64,000 nucleotides of DNA from Rhina ancylostomus (Eukaryota). The DNA lies in contig JARFYF010000118.1 in assembly GCA_030265395.1 (NCBI GenBank), forward strand, positions 24,765,277 through 24,829,276. Reading direction: 5' to 3'. Positions 12,251 through 24,250 of this stretch are shown here, piece by piece; within the stretch, counting starts at the first letter, position 1, and each line of letters begins with the position of its first letter. Under the pieces are notes generated by a model. That model was not told the origin of the DNA. It saw only the letters and a list, made by a program, of their open reading frames with translations, and did no database searches. The translations under genes were made by a program, and so were the position numbers.

Positions 12251-14090
12251 ATGAAAATGAGTTGAAATTCAGGAGAATGAAACTGAAGCAATTAGAGTAA
12301 AAGGAATTTTGGGGCTAACAGTTTTGCAAGGAGCACAGGGCATCATTCTTGTTTACTTGTACAGAAAATACAGGAACAGAGTTGTATTTCGTTTGGCATA
12401 ATATAAATTGTATGGAATGAGTGAAGCCATAAATAAGTTAATAAATCCTGTTAGCTTGGTAAACATGGAAATATAAAGTTATTGTTGTCAATTTCAAGTT
12501 AACTGAAGTTATATTTTAACGTCTGCATAATTACATAATGCAGGTTATATGGCTTGTCATATGGAAGGAATAAGATATATACATATAAACATGCAATTTT
12601 TAAAGATTACTTGAGGGCCAAGATACTGAATTCAGAATTGTAGTGCTGAATCCCCTGCCAATCTATCTGATTCTGTTGTTAAGTACTGCTTTTTGTGTCC
12701 ATGTTTAAGTTGGATTGCATGTGCTAGATGCTAAATAAATGCATGATATCGGACTTCCACATTTAAGACCCTTACTGTTTTGTGGAAGAAAAACCCTTTC
12801 GCATAACATATTGATTAACTCAAATGCAAATTAGATTCTTTTCAGGAAACATTTTACAAAATGCCTTTTGAAATGGTGTTTTGGTAAATAACAGAGACAG
12901 CTGATGAATATACTGCAATTGGTGATGTTTCTAGACTTTCAATGGTTGTTTGATAAAATACTGCATAATAGATGATATGAAAAATAAAGGCCAGCGTTCC
13001 TATTAATGGTTCCAATGTAGAGTGTTGCAAATTATGCTGAGAACGATGGCTGTTCATTCATTTTTAATGAAGATAAAGTAGGTAGTATTGCAATATGTGT
13101 ATGTGTTGAAGATTTCAAAGAACTGAGTATAAATTCAGCATTGATTCCTGACCCAGAGAAGAAAGTTTCATAGTCCTTCTGTTGTGTGTAGAGTTTAACT
13201 CCAGGATGTTAAAGATCCACAAGCTTTAAACTTTGTAGTCACTTTTGAAACCAACCAGAACTTAATTTAAGGTAGAGATAATGATGCAGCCCTCTCTCTA
13301 CCCGATGATTTAGCTTCTGGGAGAGGTGCTGCATGTCTCCAACTGTCACCTAAGCTGCACAATTTAAATTTCAGTGCTGTTAGCTTTTCCTTGAATTACT
13401 GGAAAGACATCCCTTCCATGCCTATAACCACCTTTTCTCCAGCTGCTAGTGTAGTGATCCCTCAAGGCGGGAGGACTTTATGGGATCCCACAAACCCATA
13501 CAATGCACAACCCATCAGATAGAAGGTTCCTGCTGGGTACTAATCCAGAATTAAGGAGCAGAACTATGATACCCACTCCCCAAGCTTTCTGGAATAGATT
13601 TTGAACACCATACCATTTGACTCTCAGACAAAAGTACCACTAACCAAAAGGTTTGCTTCGCATGTGAGTTTGGCAAATGGTATTCCTTGAGAGCAATCTG
13701 AACTGCCTCTGCTGCTGTATCATAGTACCCTCAAATCAAATGCCCATTCTCATAAAGAAGCATAGACATAGAAGTTAAGTGTAGAGATGGAGGGCCCCAG
13801 TGCATTATAAACAGAATGGATCACTGGATAGCAATCAGAAGGGTGAACCCTAGCTGATTTTCTTCCCCTCCCATAGTGGTCACAGAGGGCAAGCATTTTT
13901 CCTCCATTGGTTGATTTTTATTATCTAAAGGATTGGTTTAACCATATTTACAAGCCAAATCCCACTAATTTCTTTTTAAATAGCAACACAATAATGTATA
14001 AAGCCTCATTAAAATAAGAGCCCAAATAACCCCATGCACTTTAAACAGATTATATGCAAAACAAGATAAAACTGAAGAAATATTAAAAAG

Positions 14091-14096
14091 TTTATT
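14091..14096 (-). terminator. Candidate poly(A) signal for the Xin-exon-terminated mRNA
   Basis: Minus-strand AATAAA about 810 nt after the stop codon, followed by a U-rich tract (ctttttaatatttcttcagttttatcttgttttg). Confidence 0.45.
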
Positions 14097-14903
14097 AAAG
14101 CAAATAGTGGGAATAAAAATAGAACAGTAAAGAGGAAGAACAGTTTGCAGGCAAAAAAAGAGACTTTTGAGGTTCCTGGAGGAGCCAATACATTGAGTGT
14201 AGAACTAAAATACAAAAGAAACTTGAGGAAAAACTAAGTAGAAAAAATGAATAGTTATGGACAATTGTAGTCTAATTCTGAACACAACACTACAAGTCTT
14301 TGTAAAAACTAAAGTATTAGTTATGCCACATCTGTGGTAATTCCAACTTTTACAAATGCTGTAAAATGCATGATATCGAATTGGCCACCAGATCTCCTCC
14401 AATTTTCTCGTGGAGAAAAAAAGAAAAGTTGGTGGTGATGTATGAATGGCTAATTCGAAAGAATCAGTTTTATACCATTTGCTAAAGTTAAAATTACATG
14501 CCNNNNNNNNNNATGGTATCAAACCTAGCCTCTGAGGACAGAGAAAATCTTTGACGCTGTGGTTGTATGCTGCTCATTGACGCTCAGTTCTCTGGACCTC
14601 AAACATTAATCAGTGAGATGCCATGCCCTTCTGGATCTTTAAGTATCAGAGTTTTTGTTTCAGTTTAACTGGTGCAAGAAGTTGACACTTAGTGTGGGTC
14701 CTTTGTTAGCAGTGATTTGGCAGCCCAGGGAGGAGCCTGCACTCAGCACATTATCCTACCTTCGTGGAAGCTGTCCTTGTGCACTATGTATTTCCAATGC
14801 CATTTTTGTGTATTTATGATTTTCAACTTCATGTACTTATTCTCCCAGTATGTGTTTCTTATTCAAATTGTTAGTAGTTGTATTTTAAAAGATCTCAGCA
14901 TTA

Positions 14904-17900
14904 CTAAGATCTCTTTGCTGAATTGGGGTTTCCAAAAGAAAGAAACACTACTCCATTTTCTTCGATGTTGGGTTGTGAATCTTCAGCTGCCCTTGTCTGG
15001 TTCTGCAGATGTCTATTAAGACGGGGCGAAGTAACAACATCATACCTGGGTGGTGCTTGAACTACTTCATATGTTGATGAGGTTGTTGACTCAGATTGCT
15101 TTGTGACAGTGGTTGAGGTTTTTGATGTGATAATTTTATTCCCAAAACGATCAATTTCTTCATATTTTTCCATGATGGTCTTTGTACCAACTATTTCACC
15201 TCCATCAGGCCCTGTCTTGAACTCCACAACACTTTTGCTTCTCTGAGGGACTGGGCTCTGAGTCCTGTCAACAATGTTGCTTTTAAATCCACTTAAGGAG
15301 ATGCATCCTGTAGGTGAGTTGGCTATGCTGTCACTGGCTTTGACATTGTTGCTTTCCTTTCTGTTTGTTTGAATGTACTCATTGTTGAAATCTCTTTGCA
15401 CAAACTCCTTTCTTGGCACAGACTGTTGTTTTGCTGCCTCAGTTTGTTTGCTGGCACACTTGTATCCATTGCAAAGAAATGAATCTTCAAAGGTTGTCAC
15501 TTTTGCAGAACAGGATGGAACAGCTTGACCTTGAGAAGGTGAGATAGACTCCATCTCAAGTTGTGAGCCAGACAATGTTTTTTTCAAAGGATCTGCAGGT
15601 TTTCTAACTGCTGATTCAATGGAAATGTAGGAGGGAGATGATGGAGAGCTCACACGGGCGGAAACAGATGGAATATCTAATGATGGCCCAGCTTGCTTCT
15701 GTGACTTTTCTAACCATTCTTTGTGAACCCGATCTTCTTTCAATTGCCTGGCCTTTTCTGAGCTTGACTTGCTGGAGACCAGACTGATTTTCTTAATATT
15801 GCCAGAGGTGGAGTTTGAGGCAGCTCCCAGTGACTCTCCAAATAGACCAGATAGTCCGGCAATATCAGACTCTGATTTCAGATTGGAAACCGAATACAGA
15901 GCTTTTTTAATGGATTCTTCAATGTGTAACAACTTTGCCAATGTCTGCTCTTTCAGATAGGTTATCTCTGCACTTGCCCTTTCAAGGTCTTCAAACACAT
16001 GTTCCACCGAAGACAAACTTTCTACTTCATCTTTGAACTCTCTAGGCTGATTCTGCATCTCATCCTTCCGGCTGTCAATTGGTTTAAGTTGTTTTACCAC
16101 ATTGTTCTTAGTCACCACCCACACAGGCACATTCTCAAATAAACTCTTCAGACCTTTCACATCAACTTTAAAAGTTTCCTCTTCAAACTCCTTAACTCTA
16201 GTCAATATTTTCGGCAATTCTTCTCGTTTCTTTAGGTTTTCAAAGATCTCCATTGCTGCCTTCACATTTCCTCGCATTATCTCCTCCTTGTGAACAGATA
16301 ACCTTTTCCTGCGATCATCTTCTGTCTCTTTACATTGCTGTCGGTCTCCTCGCATTACAACTGCATCTGGTTGTGGGGTGCGCTGCTGCTCTTTGTCCAA
16401 TAATACTTGTTGGTCATTTGTAGCTGATACTTGGTTATTAAACCCATGCTGGTTGGGGCACCTGTGACATTGGGCAGTCTGACACTCTGATTGTTCAAAA
16501 GAAGCTTTGACCAGCTGTTGGTGGTGCGACTCTGCACATGTTTGAGGCTGTTGGTAACCTTTTGGGGCAGTGATCCTGGCTGAGGATTTTGGTGACGCAG
16601 TTTTAACTTTCTTTGGTAAACTAGATCTCTCCCCTGTCATGATTAGATTCTGATCTGGGCTGTTTGGCTCGCCCATTTGAGGAGAATTTGATTTGCTTTG
16701 GGTACTAAATGTTTGAAGAGCAGATCTGCATTCCTGAAATTCAGTTCTTGCTGTGCTTTCTTTTGAATAAGACTGCATGAATCCCTGGACTTCTGCTGCA
16801 TTCAGTTTGTTTGGTACCATTTCTGGTTCTCTCGTCATTGAGACATTGGGATCATCAAGGCTTACAGAGGAGTTTCTTCCTCTCTGGTACATTTCTTGTG
16901 ATGATGTATCTGGTGTTGGCCTGGTTACCATTACGTTTAACTTGCTGTGCCCTTCCTTTCCTTGCTTGTATTTCTCCTCTGCCAACTGCAAGGGGGTTTT
17001 CATCACCTTGGTGTAAGAAGCCATTGTGGTGGATTTTTCTCCCAATTGAAGCTGTTCATGTTGCCTTTCTAACTGCATGTTCTGACATCCTGAAGGATTA
17101 GTGGCTTCTGCAGGAAGTGATGCCCTGATAGGTTTTACTAGAGGTGACTTGCACACAACAGGAGGTAATGGGTTTGATTTAGACGTGACTGACGCATGGT
17201 TTCTTGGTGGAGTAGGTGGACTCGGAACAGCACGGATTGCTTGCAAATGTTCAGGCTTTGGAGGCAGAGTAGGTTTCCCACCCTGCATTGGCAAGTGCCT
17301 GGCAGGGATGGCAGGTGGCTTTGGTGCAACAGATGGTTTAGACGCGATGTTTTGTTCCTGCACCTTGNNNNNNAGTAGTGGAGGAAACTGAGAAGGTGGT
17401 GGATTTTTCACTGCAGATGAACTCAGCTGACTTAAAGGAAAGGGGCTGCCTGCCACAGGCAGATGACCACAAGCTTCGTTCGACGGTGCAGTGGACTTTG
17501 TCACTGGAACTGGAGAAGGAAACTCAGCATCAGACTGTGGTAGCGAAATCTGATTACAAACAGTTCTAACACCACTCTTCTTTTGGTCACGTGAATACGA
17601 CTGGCCTGCTGCTCTATATATCATGGCAGCTTTAAAATCACCTTTGGATACGTTCATATTAGCTTTTCCTAGGGATTGGAGAGCTGCCTGCAAATTACCT
17701 TGGACCACCTCCTCTTTCTCGACCGATTTTTGCTCTGTTACTGAATCCTTTAAAGCCTCTATGGTTGATTTTACATCTCCCTTGACAATTATCTCCTGAT
17801 CTGCCACTGCCCGATCTTCCTTCTCTAAGATATTGGACGAGTGCTGACCATGAGCCTGCACTTGTTCTGAGGCAGCTCTTATTTCACCTCTGCTGTTCTT

Positions 17901-20900
17901 AACTACGTCAGTTAAATGTTCACATTTCTGACTTTCATTAGAGCAGGCCACAAATGACTTAAGTCCTTGTGTTCCCTCAGAGGCACTGACCTGAAGAGTA
18001 TTCTGTTGGCTCTTTGGTTGTTGGTACTGAGTGACAGTCACTTGGGTACTTGCTTGGTGTCTTGAAGCTGTGCTGCTTCGCTGTCGTGTGGAGATTTGTA
18101 TGTTTTTCTTCACTTCTTTCTCCAGTGTGTTCCTGCATTGAATGCCTTGGTGATGATGTTGCTCAGTTTCTGCCATGCTCTCTGTATTACTCCTGAAATG
18201 TTCTTGCATGCTAGAGTTCTGTTGTATGCTACGCGCTTCAGCAGTAACTTCTCTGAGGTTCTCCATTGCTGCCTGAAGGTCCTGGCCAGAGGCATTTGCT
18301 GCACCCACCTCAGAAACTGCAAAGGAGGCGTCACCTGATGAGCAAAAATCAGGCTCTGTACACTCTCTTATTCTCACTCCCTTCTTATCACACGTTGATT
18401 CCTGCAATGCAGCCAGTGTGTCCTTCACATTGCCGCAAAGAACATCCTCCTGATCTGGCTTTTTTGTTTGGTATTTTGCCTTCTCCGGCGGCTGCAGCTT
18501 GGTCTTAACGTCACCAGGCACAATATCATCTTTCACTCCCACATTCACAGCTTGTCCCAGGGTCTGGTCAGCAGAACTGATGTCACCACCCAATACACCA
18601 TCTTTCTGAGCAATACCTGGGCTTTTCTGTGCTTCTGTCAAGAAGTACTTCTTTGTTCCTTTGACATCACCTGGTATAATATCATCAACTGTCTTTTCAA
18701 TTTGGGCTCTACTCTCTGTCAGATTCCTGATGGCACCTTCTACATCACCACGTACAATCTCCTCTTTCTGAGAGGAAATATCAGGATCATCAGAATCCTC
18801 CTGATTGCCTTTGCCTTTGAGATAGTCCAATGTCCCTGATTCAATACACGTTGTGTAAAGTTGTACATTTCCTCTCTCATTTTCCTCACGTTTTATTGTT
18901 GATGTTGTTTGCTGCTGAGTTGAAGCAAGAAGACTATTAATTGTTGACTTTACATCTCCTTTGATTGTCTCAATTTCAGCCTCCTTATTTTGGGGACAGT
19001 TAACTAGAGAATATATGGTAATCTGAGCAATTCCTTTGTCAGTTTCCTGAATCAAAATCCCTTGTTTGATTTTACTATCCTCCATTAAGAAGCTATAAAT
19101 TGCATGAGTACTTTCTTCTTTAACAAATTCTTCATTAATATTAACTTCTGACTGTGAGAAAAGCTGAATCTTACTTGTAGAAATCCTTCCACTTTCATCT
19201 TCCTTCAGCACAATACCTTCAGAATGAAGGGATTCCTTTCTTTGAAGTAACTGCATCAGGATTCTCTGCAAGTTGCCACCAATAACCTCTTCCTTTAGAA
19301 TGTGTGGATCATTCTGACTCACCAGTTGATATTTGGCCATTTTTAGAATGCCTGTTGCACTCGATTCAATAATAAGTCCCCTTGACTTGATGGCTCCACA
19401 GCTTATGAGGGTTTCCAAGCTTGCATGGATACTTTGTTTTGTCATCTTGGAACTTTCTGTGCTACATTGTGCATGAATGAATGTGTCCAAGGGTGTTGTC
19501 TCAAACAACCACGTTGTCGTCTTTACGTCTGTGCACATCACTTCTTCCTTGGTTTCTTTGCCAATTGAACTGTCTGAATCTTTTAGGCTGTCCAATGGTT
19601 GGGACTCAAACAACCAAGTGCATCTCTTCACATCTCCCTTCTGTATATCTTCTCGTTGGACTGTTGTTGTACCTGTACTTTCTTCAGTTTCTCCTTTCAA
19701 GGAGTCAATGGGCAGGTTTTCAAACAGCCAAGTTGATGTCCTGACATCTCCACTCTGAACATCACTGACACTAACCATCCTCACATATCTCTGGTTTGCC
19801 TGTTGCCCTTCAAAGAGTCGCTTGTTTGCTTGGACATCACCCCCCTGGATCTCATCCACCACTTTTATTCCTGGTTGGGCTTCATCTCTGATTGAATCCA
19901 AAGGCTGGGTCTCAAATTTCCATCGAGCAGCTGTCACATCTCCTGTGTGCATGTCCTCCTGTGTGACAGCTCTAATCACAAATACTTCGTCCAGTGGCCT
20001 GATCGTGTCCAATGGTTTTGTTTCAAAGAGCCACCTAGTTCCTCTTACATCGCCCTTCATGATTTCCTCCTTCTTTGCTGTAGTAACTTCATGATATTGG
20101 CCTTCCTTATCTCTAAGGGCGTAGAGGGGTTGTGTTTCAAACAGCATGGTGCATGACTTCACATCACCCTTGGCAACCGTTTCTTCCTTTCTTGAACTGA
20201 AGTCCTTTATATCAGTTTCCTCTTTTATTTGGTCCAGTGAATAGGTCTCAAAAACAAACCTTTTGCCACCAACATCACCCCCCTTTACATCAGTAATTGT
20301 ACTCTTAGGTATTGCTTCTTCTGGCGTTTCTTTAATGGAGCTAATTGGGCAGTTTTCAAAGAGCCAAGTGAACTTGTGTACACAACCTGATCCTGGCTGC
20401 GGGGAGTCCATTTGTGTGGATGTGAAGCTCTGCCTCTTTTCTTCTACATCACCTATTTCACTGAGTGAAGTGCTCTGATAAATTTCTTTCACTCTTGATA
20501 CATTTCCGGACTGGACGTCCACCTCACTTGTGTACCTCATGTTCTGAGCCTCATCTAATTTCCCAGCAATATTTCCAAATTGTTCTGTTTCAAACAGATG
20601 TTTTTTAGTCTTCACATCGACCCCTTTAACATCATCCATTTGCATGCTGCAGACTTTCAGATGTTGTTCTTCATTCTCATTAATGCTGTCCAGCGTTTGT
20701 GTTTCAAAAAGCCAGGTATATGATTTGACATCACCTTTTGGTTGCACTTCAGAATCCTGCTTAGCTTCGACTTTTTCATACAAGGCATTCATAGGCTGTG
20801 TTTCAAACAGCCACCTACATGTCTTCACATCACCTTTCAGTAAATCTTCCTTTTCAGAGGTCTGAATTTCTGTTTTGTTGACATTAGCATGTATGACATC

Positions 20901-22730
20901 AAGGGGCTGTGTTTCAAATAGCCATCTTGTTGTCTCCGTGTTGTTGGCTTGGATCTCCTCTTTCGTGATGCCTTTAACCAATTCCACATTTTGTGTACTC
21001 TCATCAAATTGATCCAGGCGGCGGGTTTCAAACATCCACTTGTAGTGTTTGACATCACCGCTAATGACTTGCTCACGGCTTACTGTTTTGACTTGATGGC
21101 AGTGACCTGCACCATCCATGATAGCATAAAGGGGGACAGTTTCAAAGAGCACTCTGTTCTCGTTTACATTTCCAGCCAAGACTTCATGATTCTCAGTTGA
21201 GATGTCATCTGAATTTTTAATACTGTCAAGGGGAAGTGTTTCAAAGAGATTTTTGTAAGCTTTAACATCTCCCTTCTGAATCTCCAGTACTCTGGTGCTA
21301 TTGGAAGTCTCACTTTGTTCCTTGTTGATACTGTCTAGAGAGTAGCTTTCAAACACATGAGCCTTATGCTTCACATCTCCCCTTTCCTCTTCCGTCATAA
21401 CTTTTTTCAAGTGGCCAACTTCAAAGCTGTCTTTCAAAATTTCCATTGGCTGAGTCTCAAACAACCAAAGAGTAGAGTTCACGTTACCTCCAATTATTTG
21501 TTCCTTGGCAACCTCTTCAGATGGACTTTCTTTTAATGAGTCAAGAGGCTGAGTTTCAAAGAGCCAGCATTTCTTATTCACATCTCCTCCTTCTATTACT
21601 CTGACACTGGCTTTACTGTCTGCCTCCTCTGTCTGCTCGTTGATGGTATCCAAGGCCTGTGTCTCAAAGAGCCATCGTTTTTTGCCAACGCCGCCACCCT
21701 GTTGGGTCTCTTCCAGGGAGATGCCACGAATGATTTTCACTCTTGAGAGATCTCTGTTAATGCTGCTGAGGGGTTGTNNNNNNNNNNNNNNNNNNNNNNN
21801 NNNNNNNNNNNNNNNNNNNNNNNNNNNNNNNNNNNNNNNNNNNNNNNNNNNNNNNNNNNNNNNNNNNNNNNNNNNNNNNNNNNNNNNNNNNNNNNNNNNN
21901 NNNNNNNNNNNNNNNNNNNNNNNNNNNNNNNNNNNNNNNNNNNCTTCTGAACGCAGTTGCAATAAGCTGCTTTCTTCCATCGAGTTGCTCCGTCCCAAGT
22001 CACCCAATGGATGAGTCTCAAATAATAATTTGGTTCCTCTGACATCCCCTTTCTGTACAGGTTCCTTCAGAACTGCTTCTTGTAGATCATTCTCCTTGGA
22101 GTAGATTTTATTCAGGGAATCCATAGGCTGGGTTTCAAACAACCACAAAGCTGTGCGGACATCACCCTTTGTTTGTTCTTTTCCAATGCTGGAATTTGCA
22201 GAAAATTCTGAGTACTGGGAGCTAATATCATTTATTGTTTGGTTTTCAAACTTCCATGATGTGCTCCTCACGTCTCCACTGAGGATGGCCTCTTCTTCCT
22301 TCATCTTCTTAGTTGCTTGGTGATCTCCAATTGTGTCCAATGGCCAGTTATCAAATATCCAACGCATGGACTGGACCTCACTTTGAAGTGCTGCATCACT
22401 GTTGCCACGGACTCCAGTTGCTAAGGCAGCAGCCGTATGTTCAGCGTCCAGTACTTCGGCCCAATCCTCAGTGACCACCTCCTGCAAATTTTTCCTCAGC
22501 TCCGGGTGCATGTGCTTATAAAGCCTCTTCAATTCATTAATTTGTCGTTGCTGGTGGAACTTGACAAAAGTCTGATGTGGAGGGGGTGGGATTTTTTGAG
22601 GCTGCTCTTTCATTGTTATGTTTGGCTTAGTAGAAGCTTCAAGCAGATCAGGTGGCGGTGGTGGTAAAAAATCATCCTCCGCAGTCTGACTCATTTCTGA
22701 TGTTTGGATCCTATCCAAGTTTTGAGCCAT
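14904..22730 (-). CDS. XIRP1: Xin actin-binding repeat-containing protein 1, giant coding exon (2608 aa from the ATG at 22730)
   Basis: Acceptor ttttactaaag|ATGGCT. The N-terminus has FLPPPPP (EVH1 ligand) and [26 protein letters not shown] as in XIRP1. There are 25 visible GDVxxxxWLFETxPLD Xin repeats, a Pro-rich region and conserved C-terminal blocks. Two N gaps (21778-21943, about 17370) preserve the frame. Confidence 0.95.
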   Translation of the reverse strand: MAQNLDRIQTSEMSQTAEDDFLPPPPPDLLEASTKPNITMKEQPQKIPPPPHQTFVKFHQQRQINELKRLYKHMHPELRKNLQEVVTEDWAEVLDAEHTAAALATGVRGNSDAALQSEVQSMRWIFDNWPLDTIGDHQATKKMKEEEAILSGDVRSTSWKFENQTINDISSQYSEFSANSSIGKEQTKGDVRTALWLFETQPMDSLNKIYSKENDLQEAVLKEPVQKGDVRGTKLLFETHPLGDLGRSNSMEESSLLQLRSEXXXXXXXXXXXXXXXXXXXXXXXXXXXXXXXXXXXXXXXXXXXXXXXXXXXXXXXXQPLSSINRDLSRVKIIRGISLEETQQGGGVGKKRWLFETQALDTINEQTEEADSKASVRVIEGGDVNKKCWLFETQPLDSLKESPSEEVAKEQIIGGNVNSTLWLFETQPMEILKDSFEVGHLKKVMTEEERGDVKHKAHVFESYSLDSINKEQSETSNSTRVLEIQKGDVKAYKNLFETLPLDSIKNSDDISTENHEVLAGNVNENRVLFETVPLYAIMDGAGHCHQVKTVSREQVISGDVKHYKWMFETRRLDQFDESTQNVELVKGITKEEIQANNTETTRWLFETQPLDVIHANVNKTEIQTSEKEDLLKGDVKTCRWLFETQPMNALYEKVEAKQDSEVQPKGDVKSYTWLFETQTLDSINENEEQHLKVCSMQMDDVKGVDVKTKKHLFETEQFGNIAGKLDEAQNMRYTSEVDVQSGNVSRVKEIYQSTSLSEIGDVEEKRQSFTSTQMDSPQPGSGCVHKFTWLFENCPISSIKETPEEAIPKSTITDVKGGDVGGKRFVFETYSLDQIKEETDIKDFSSRKEETVAKGDVKSCTMLFETQPLYALRDKEGQYHEVTTAKKEEIMKGDVRGTRWLFETKPLDTIRPLDEVFVIRAVTQEDMHTGDVTAARWKFETQPLDSIRDEAQPGIKVVDEIQGGDVQANKRLFEGQQANQRYVRMVSVSDVQSGDVRTSTWLFENLPIDSLKGETEESTGTTTVQREDIQKGDVKRCTWLFESQPLDSLKDSDSSIGKETKEEVMCTDVKTTTWLFETTPLDTFIHAQCSTESSKMTKQSIHASLETLISCGAIKSRGLIIESSATGILKMAKYQLVSQNDPHILKEEVIGGNLQRILMQLLQRKESLHSEGIVLKEDESGRISTSKIQLFSQSEVNINEEFVKEESTHAIYSFLMEDSKIKQGILIQETDKGIAQITIYSLVNCPQNKEAEIETIKGDVKSTINSLLASTQQQTTSTIKREENERGNVQLYTTCIESGTLDYLKGKGNQEDSDDPDISSQKEEIVRGDVEGAIRNLTESRAQIEKTVDDIIPGDVKGTKKYFLTEAQKSPGIAQKDGVLGGDISSADQTLGQAVNVGVKDDIVPGDVKTKLQPPEKAKYQTKKPDQEDVLCGNVKDTLAALQESTCDKKGVRIRECTEPDFCSSGDASFAVSEVGAANASGQDLQAAMENLREVTAEARSIQQNSSMQEHFRSNTESMAETEQHHHQGIQCRNTLEKEVKKNIQISTRQRSSTASRHQASTQVTVTQYQQPKSQQNTLQVSASEGTQGLKSFVACSNESQKCEHLTDVVKNSRGEIRAASEQVQAHGQHSSNILEKEDRAVADQEIIVKGDVKSTIEALKDSVTEQKSVEKEEVVQGNLQAALQSLGKANMNVSKGDFKAAMIYRAAGQSYSRDQKKSGVRTVCNQISLPQSDAEFPSPVPVTKSTAPSNEACGHLPVAGSPFPLSQLSSSAVKNPPPSQFPPLXXXKVQEQNIASKPSVAPKPPAIPARHLPMQGGKPTLPPKPEHLQAIRAVPSPPTPPRNHASVTSKSNPLPPVVCKSPLVKPIRASLPAEATNPSGCQNMQLERQHEQLQLGEKSTTMASYTKVMKTPLQLAEEKYKQGKEGHSKLNVMVTRPTPDTSSQEMYQRGRNSSVSLDDPNVSMTREPEMVPNKLNAAEVQGFMQSYSKESTARTEFQECRSALQTFSTQSKSNSPQMGEPNSPDQNLIMTGERSSLPKKVKTASPKSSARITAPKGYQQPQTCAESHHQQLVKASFEQSECQTAQCHRCPNQHGFNNQVSATNDQQVLLDKEQQRTPQPDAVVMRGDRQQCKETEDDRRKRLSVHKEEIMRGNVKAAMEIFENLKKREELPKILTRVKEFEEETFKVDVKGLKSLFENVPVWVVTKNNVVKQLKPIDSRKDEMQNQPREFKDEVESLSSVEHVFEDLERASAEITYLKEQTLAKLLHIEESIKKALYSVSNLKSESDIAGLSGLFGESLGAASNSTSGNIKKISLVSSKSSSEKARQLKEDRVHKEWLEKSQKQAGPSLDIPSVSARVSSPSSPSYISIESAVRKPADPLKKTLSGSQLEMESISPSQGQAVPSCSAKVTTFEDSFLCNGYKCASKQTEAAKQQSVPRKEFVQRDFNNEYIQTNRKESNNVKASDSIANSPTGCISLSGFKSNIVDRTQSPVPQRSKSVVEFKTGPDGGEIVGTKTIMEKYEEIDRFGNKIITSKTSTTVTKQSESTTSSTYEVVQAPPRYDVVTSPRLNRHLQNQTRAAEDSQPNIEENGVVFLSFGNPNSAKRS

Positions 22731-23019
22731 CTTTAGTAAAACAAGGTTACACATGAGGATTCATCAGCAATGGACCCTTGCTTCATGCAATATGGTTTAG
22801 TGGCAATCAAAGTGTAATTCAAATGGTTAATCAGAAACAATTTAAAAATAAAATGGATTTGTAGAAGAAAAGTATTATACCTTTCATGAGTGGTGTTGGC
22901 ACAGAACATGCAAAGTGAGTTGTCGAGAGGTGAGTATCAATACACAGCAAACCGTCCTCAGCTTTGCCGAAACTCATGAGGACATCTTTGCGTTATAAAA
23001 AGCAGCACAGTTAAGTTAT

Positions 23020-23312
23020 TCATAGAGTCAGACAACACAGAAACAGGCCCTTCAACCCAATGTCTCCACCTCGACCACCGACTCATCCTACTTCATTCTC
23101 CTCTCATTCTCATCAACTCCCCCAGATCAACTCATCAATTCCCCCACCACTCACATACATCCTAAGGGCAATTTACCTAGCAAGCCACACATCTTTGGGA
23201 TGTGGTCAGAAGCCAGGAGCACCAGGAGGAAACCCACATGGTCATAGGGACAATGTGCGGATGCCACAGAGACTGGGTGTTTGAGCTGCAGTTCTACTAG
23301 CTGTGCTGCCCC
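23020..23312 (-). mobile_element. tRNA-derived SINE (V-SINE-like core, CR1-type tail)
   Basis: tctttgggatgtgg...ggagcacc..gaggaaacccac..ggtca core and catagagtca...gaaacaggcccttc tail. Confidence 0.75.
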
Positions 23313-23569
23313 TAGACTTTTCCTCCAAAAAAATAGCAAGGTACACAAAAGAGGTGAAAGTGACATATTCTAAACAAGATTGCTCAGATTTGAATAAACT
23401 GTGTAGAGACTGTGGGCATGGTTATCTTTGGAATGTATTTGTGGACCTAACCTTCAGAATGAGGTGAATGCATTGGGAAAGTAAAGAGAACAATGACAAG
23501 GCAGGGACCTGGAAGATTCTGGGACTGATGTGCCAGGAGAGACTCCAGAATTAAGCACAAGACTATCAA

Positions 23570-24250
23570 CAAGAATTTCCATTTATATTGTGCTATTAAC
23601 AAAGCAATATCAAATAAAATATTTACAAGAAGATAACATCAAGAAATGTCAGGTAGATGATCAAAAACTTGATCAAAGAAAAATGTTTTAAGATGTGGCT
23701 TGAAACAAGTGTGAGACAGAGAATTTTTGAGATTAAGTCCTTGGCCCTCAATGGTGGAAGGAATTAATTCAAAGCTAAACAAGCAGAAGAGCAAGACTTG
23801 GAGCAAAGATTGTCTTACAGCCAAACAGGGTGGGGGGAGATCACAGAAACTGAAGGGCAAGGCCATGTAAGGAATGGAAAACAAGAATAAGAATTTTAGA
23901 ATGGGAAGCTATTATAAATCAGCCAATTATCACAAATTATTTCAATGCTCTTGAACAGGAGTTGGTGTGAGCGATGGGCATGAGAAATAGAATTTGAAAT
24001 GACCATGTTTATGGAGTGTAAAATGAGGAAGGATGGCTCAAGCATAGAAATCATTAAATCTAGAAGCAATAAATGTGTGATCAGTCACTGGACAATCAGA
24101 CAGAGGTGGAAACAGGAGGCCCTGGTCTTGGCACAGATGCATAATCTCTCTCTCACCCTAGGTTTGGATATGATGACCAGTTTCTGTATACTCTTAGCAA
24201 AAGAAAAACTATGTATGGTGGAAATCCAAACTAGAGTCAGGATATTTTGG
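23570..24250 (-). mobile_element. Old L2-like LINE 3' fragment
   Basis: aaaacttgatcaaagaaaaatgttttaag..g.cttgaa motif is shared with the fragments at about 39540-39880 and 44620-45130. Confidence 0.5.

Noticed and set aside
15769-22667. Many short + strand and off-frame ORFs within the Xin exon
   Set aside because: Shadow ORFs of a repetitive coding sequence, with no independent motifs.
22731-22754. ORF-track start MCNLVLLK for the 2616-aa ORF
   Set aside because: These codons lie in the branch/acceptor region. The exon starts at the ATG at 22730.
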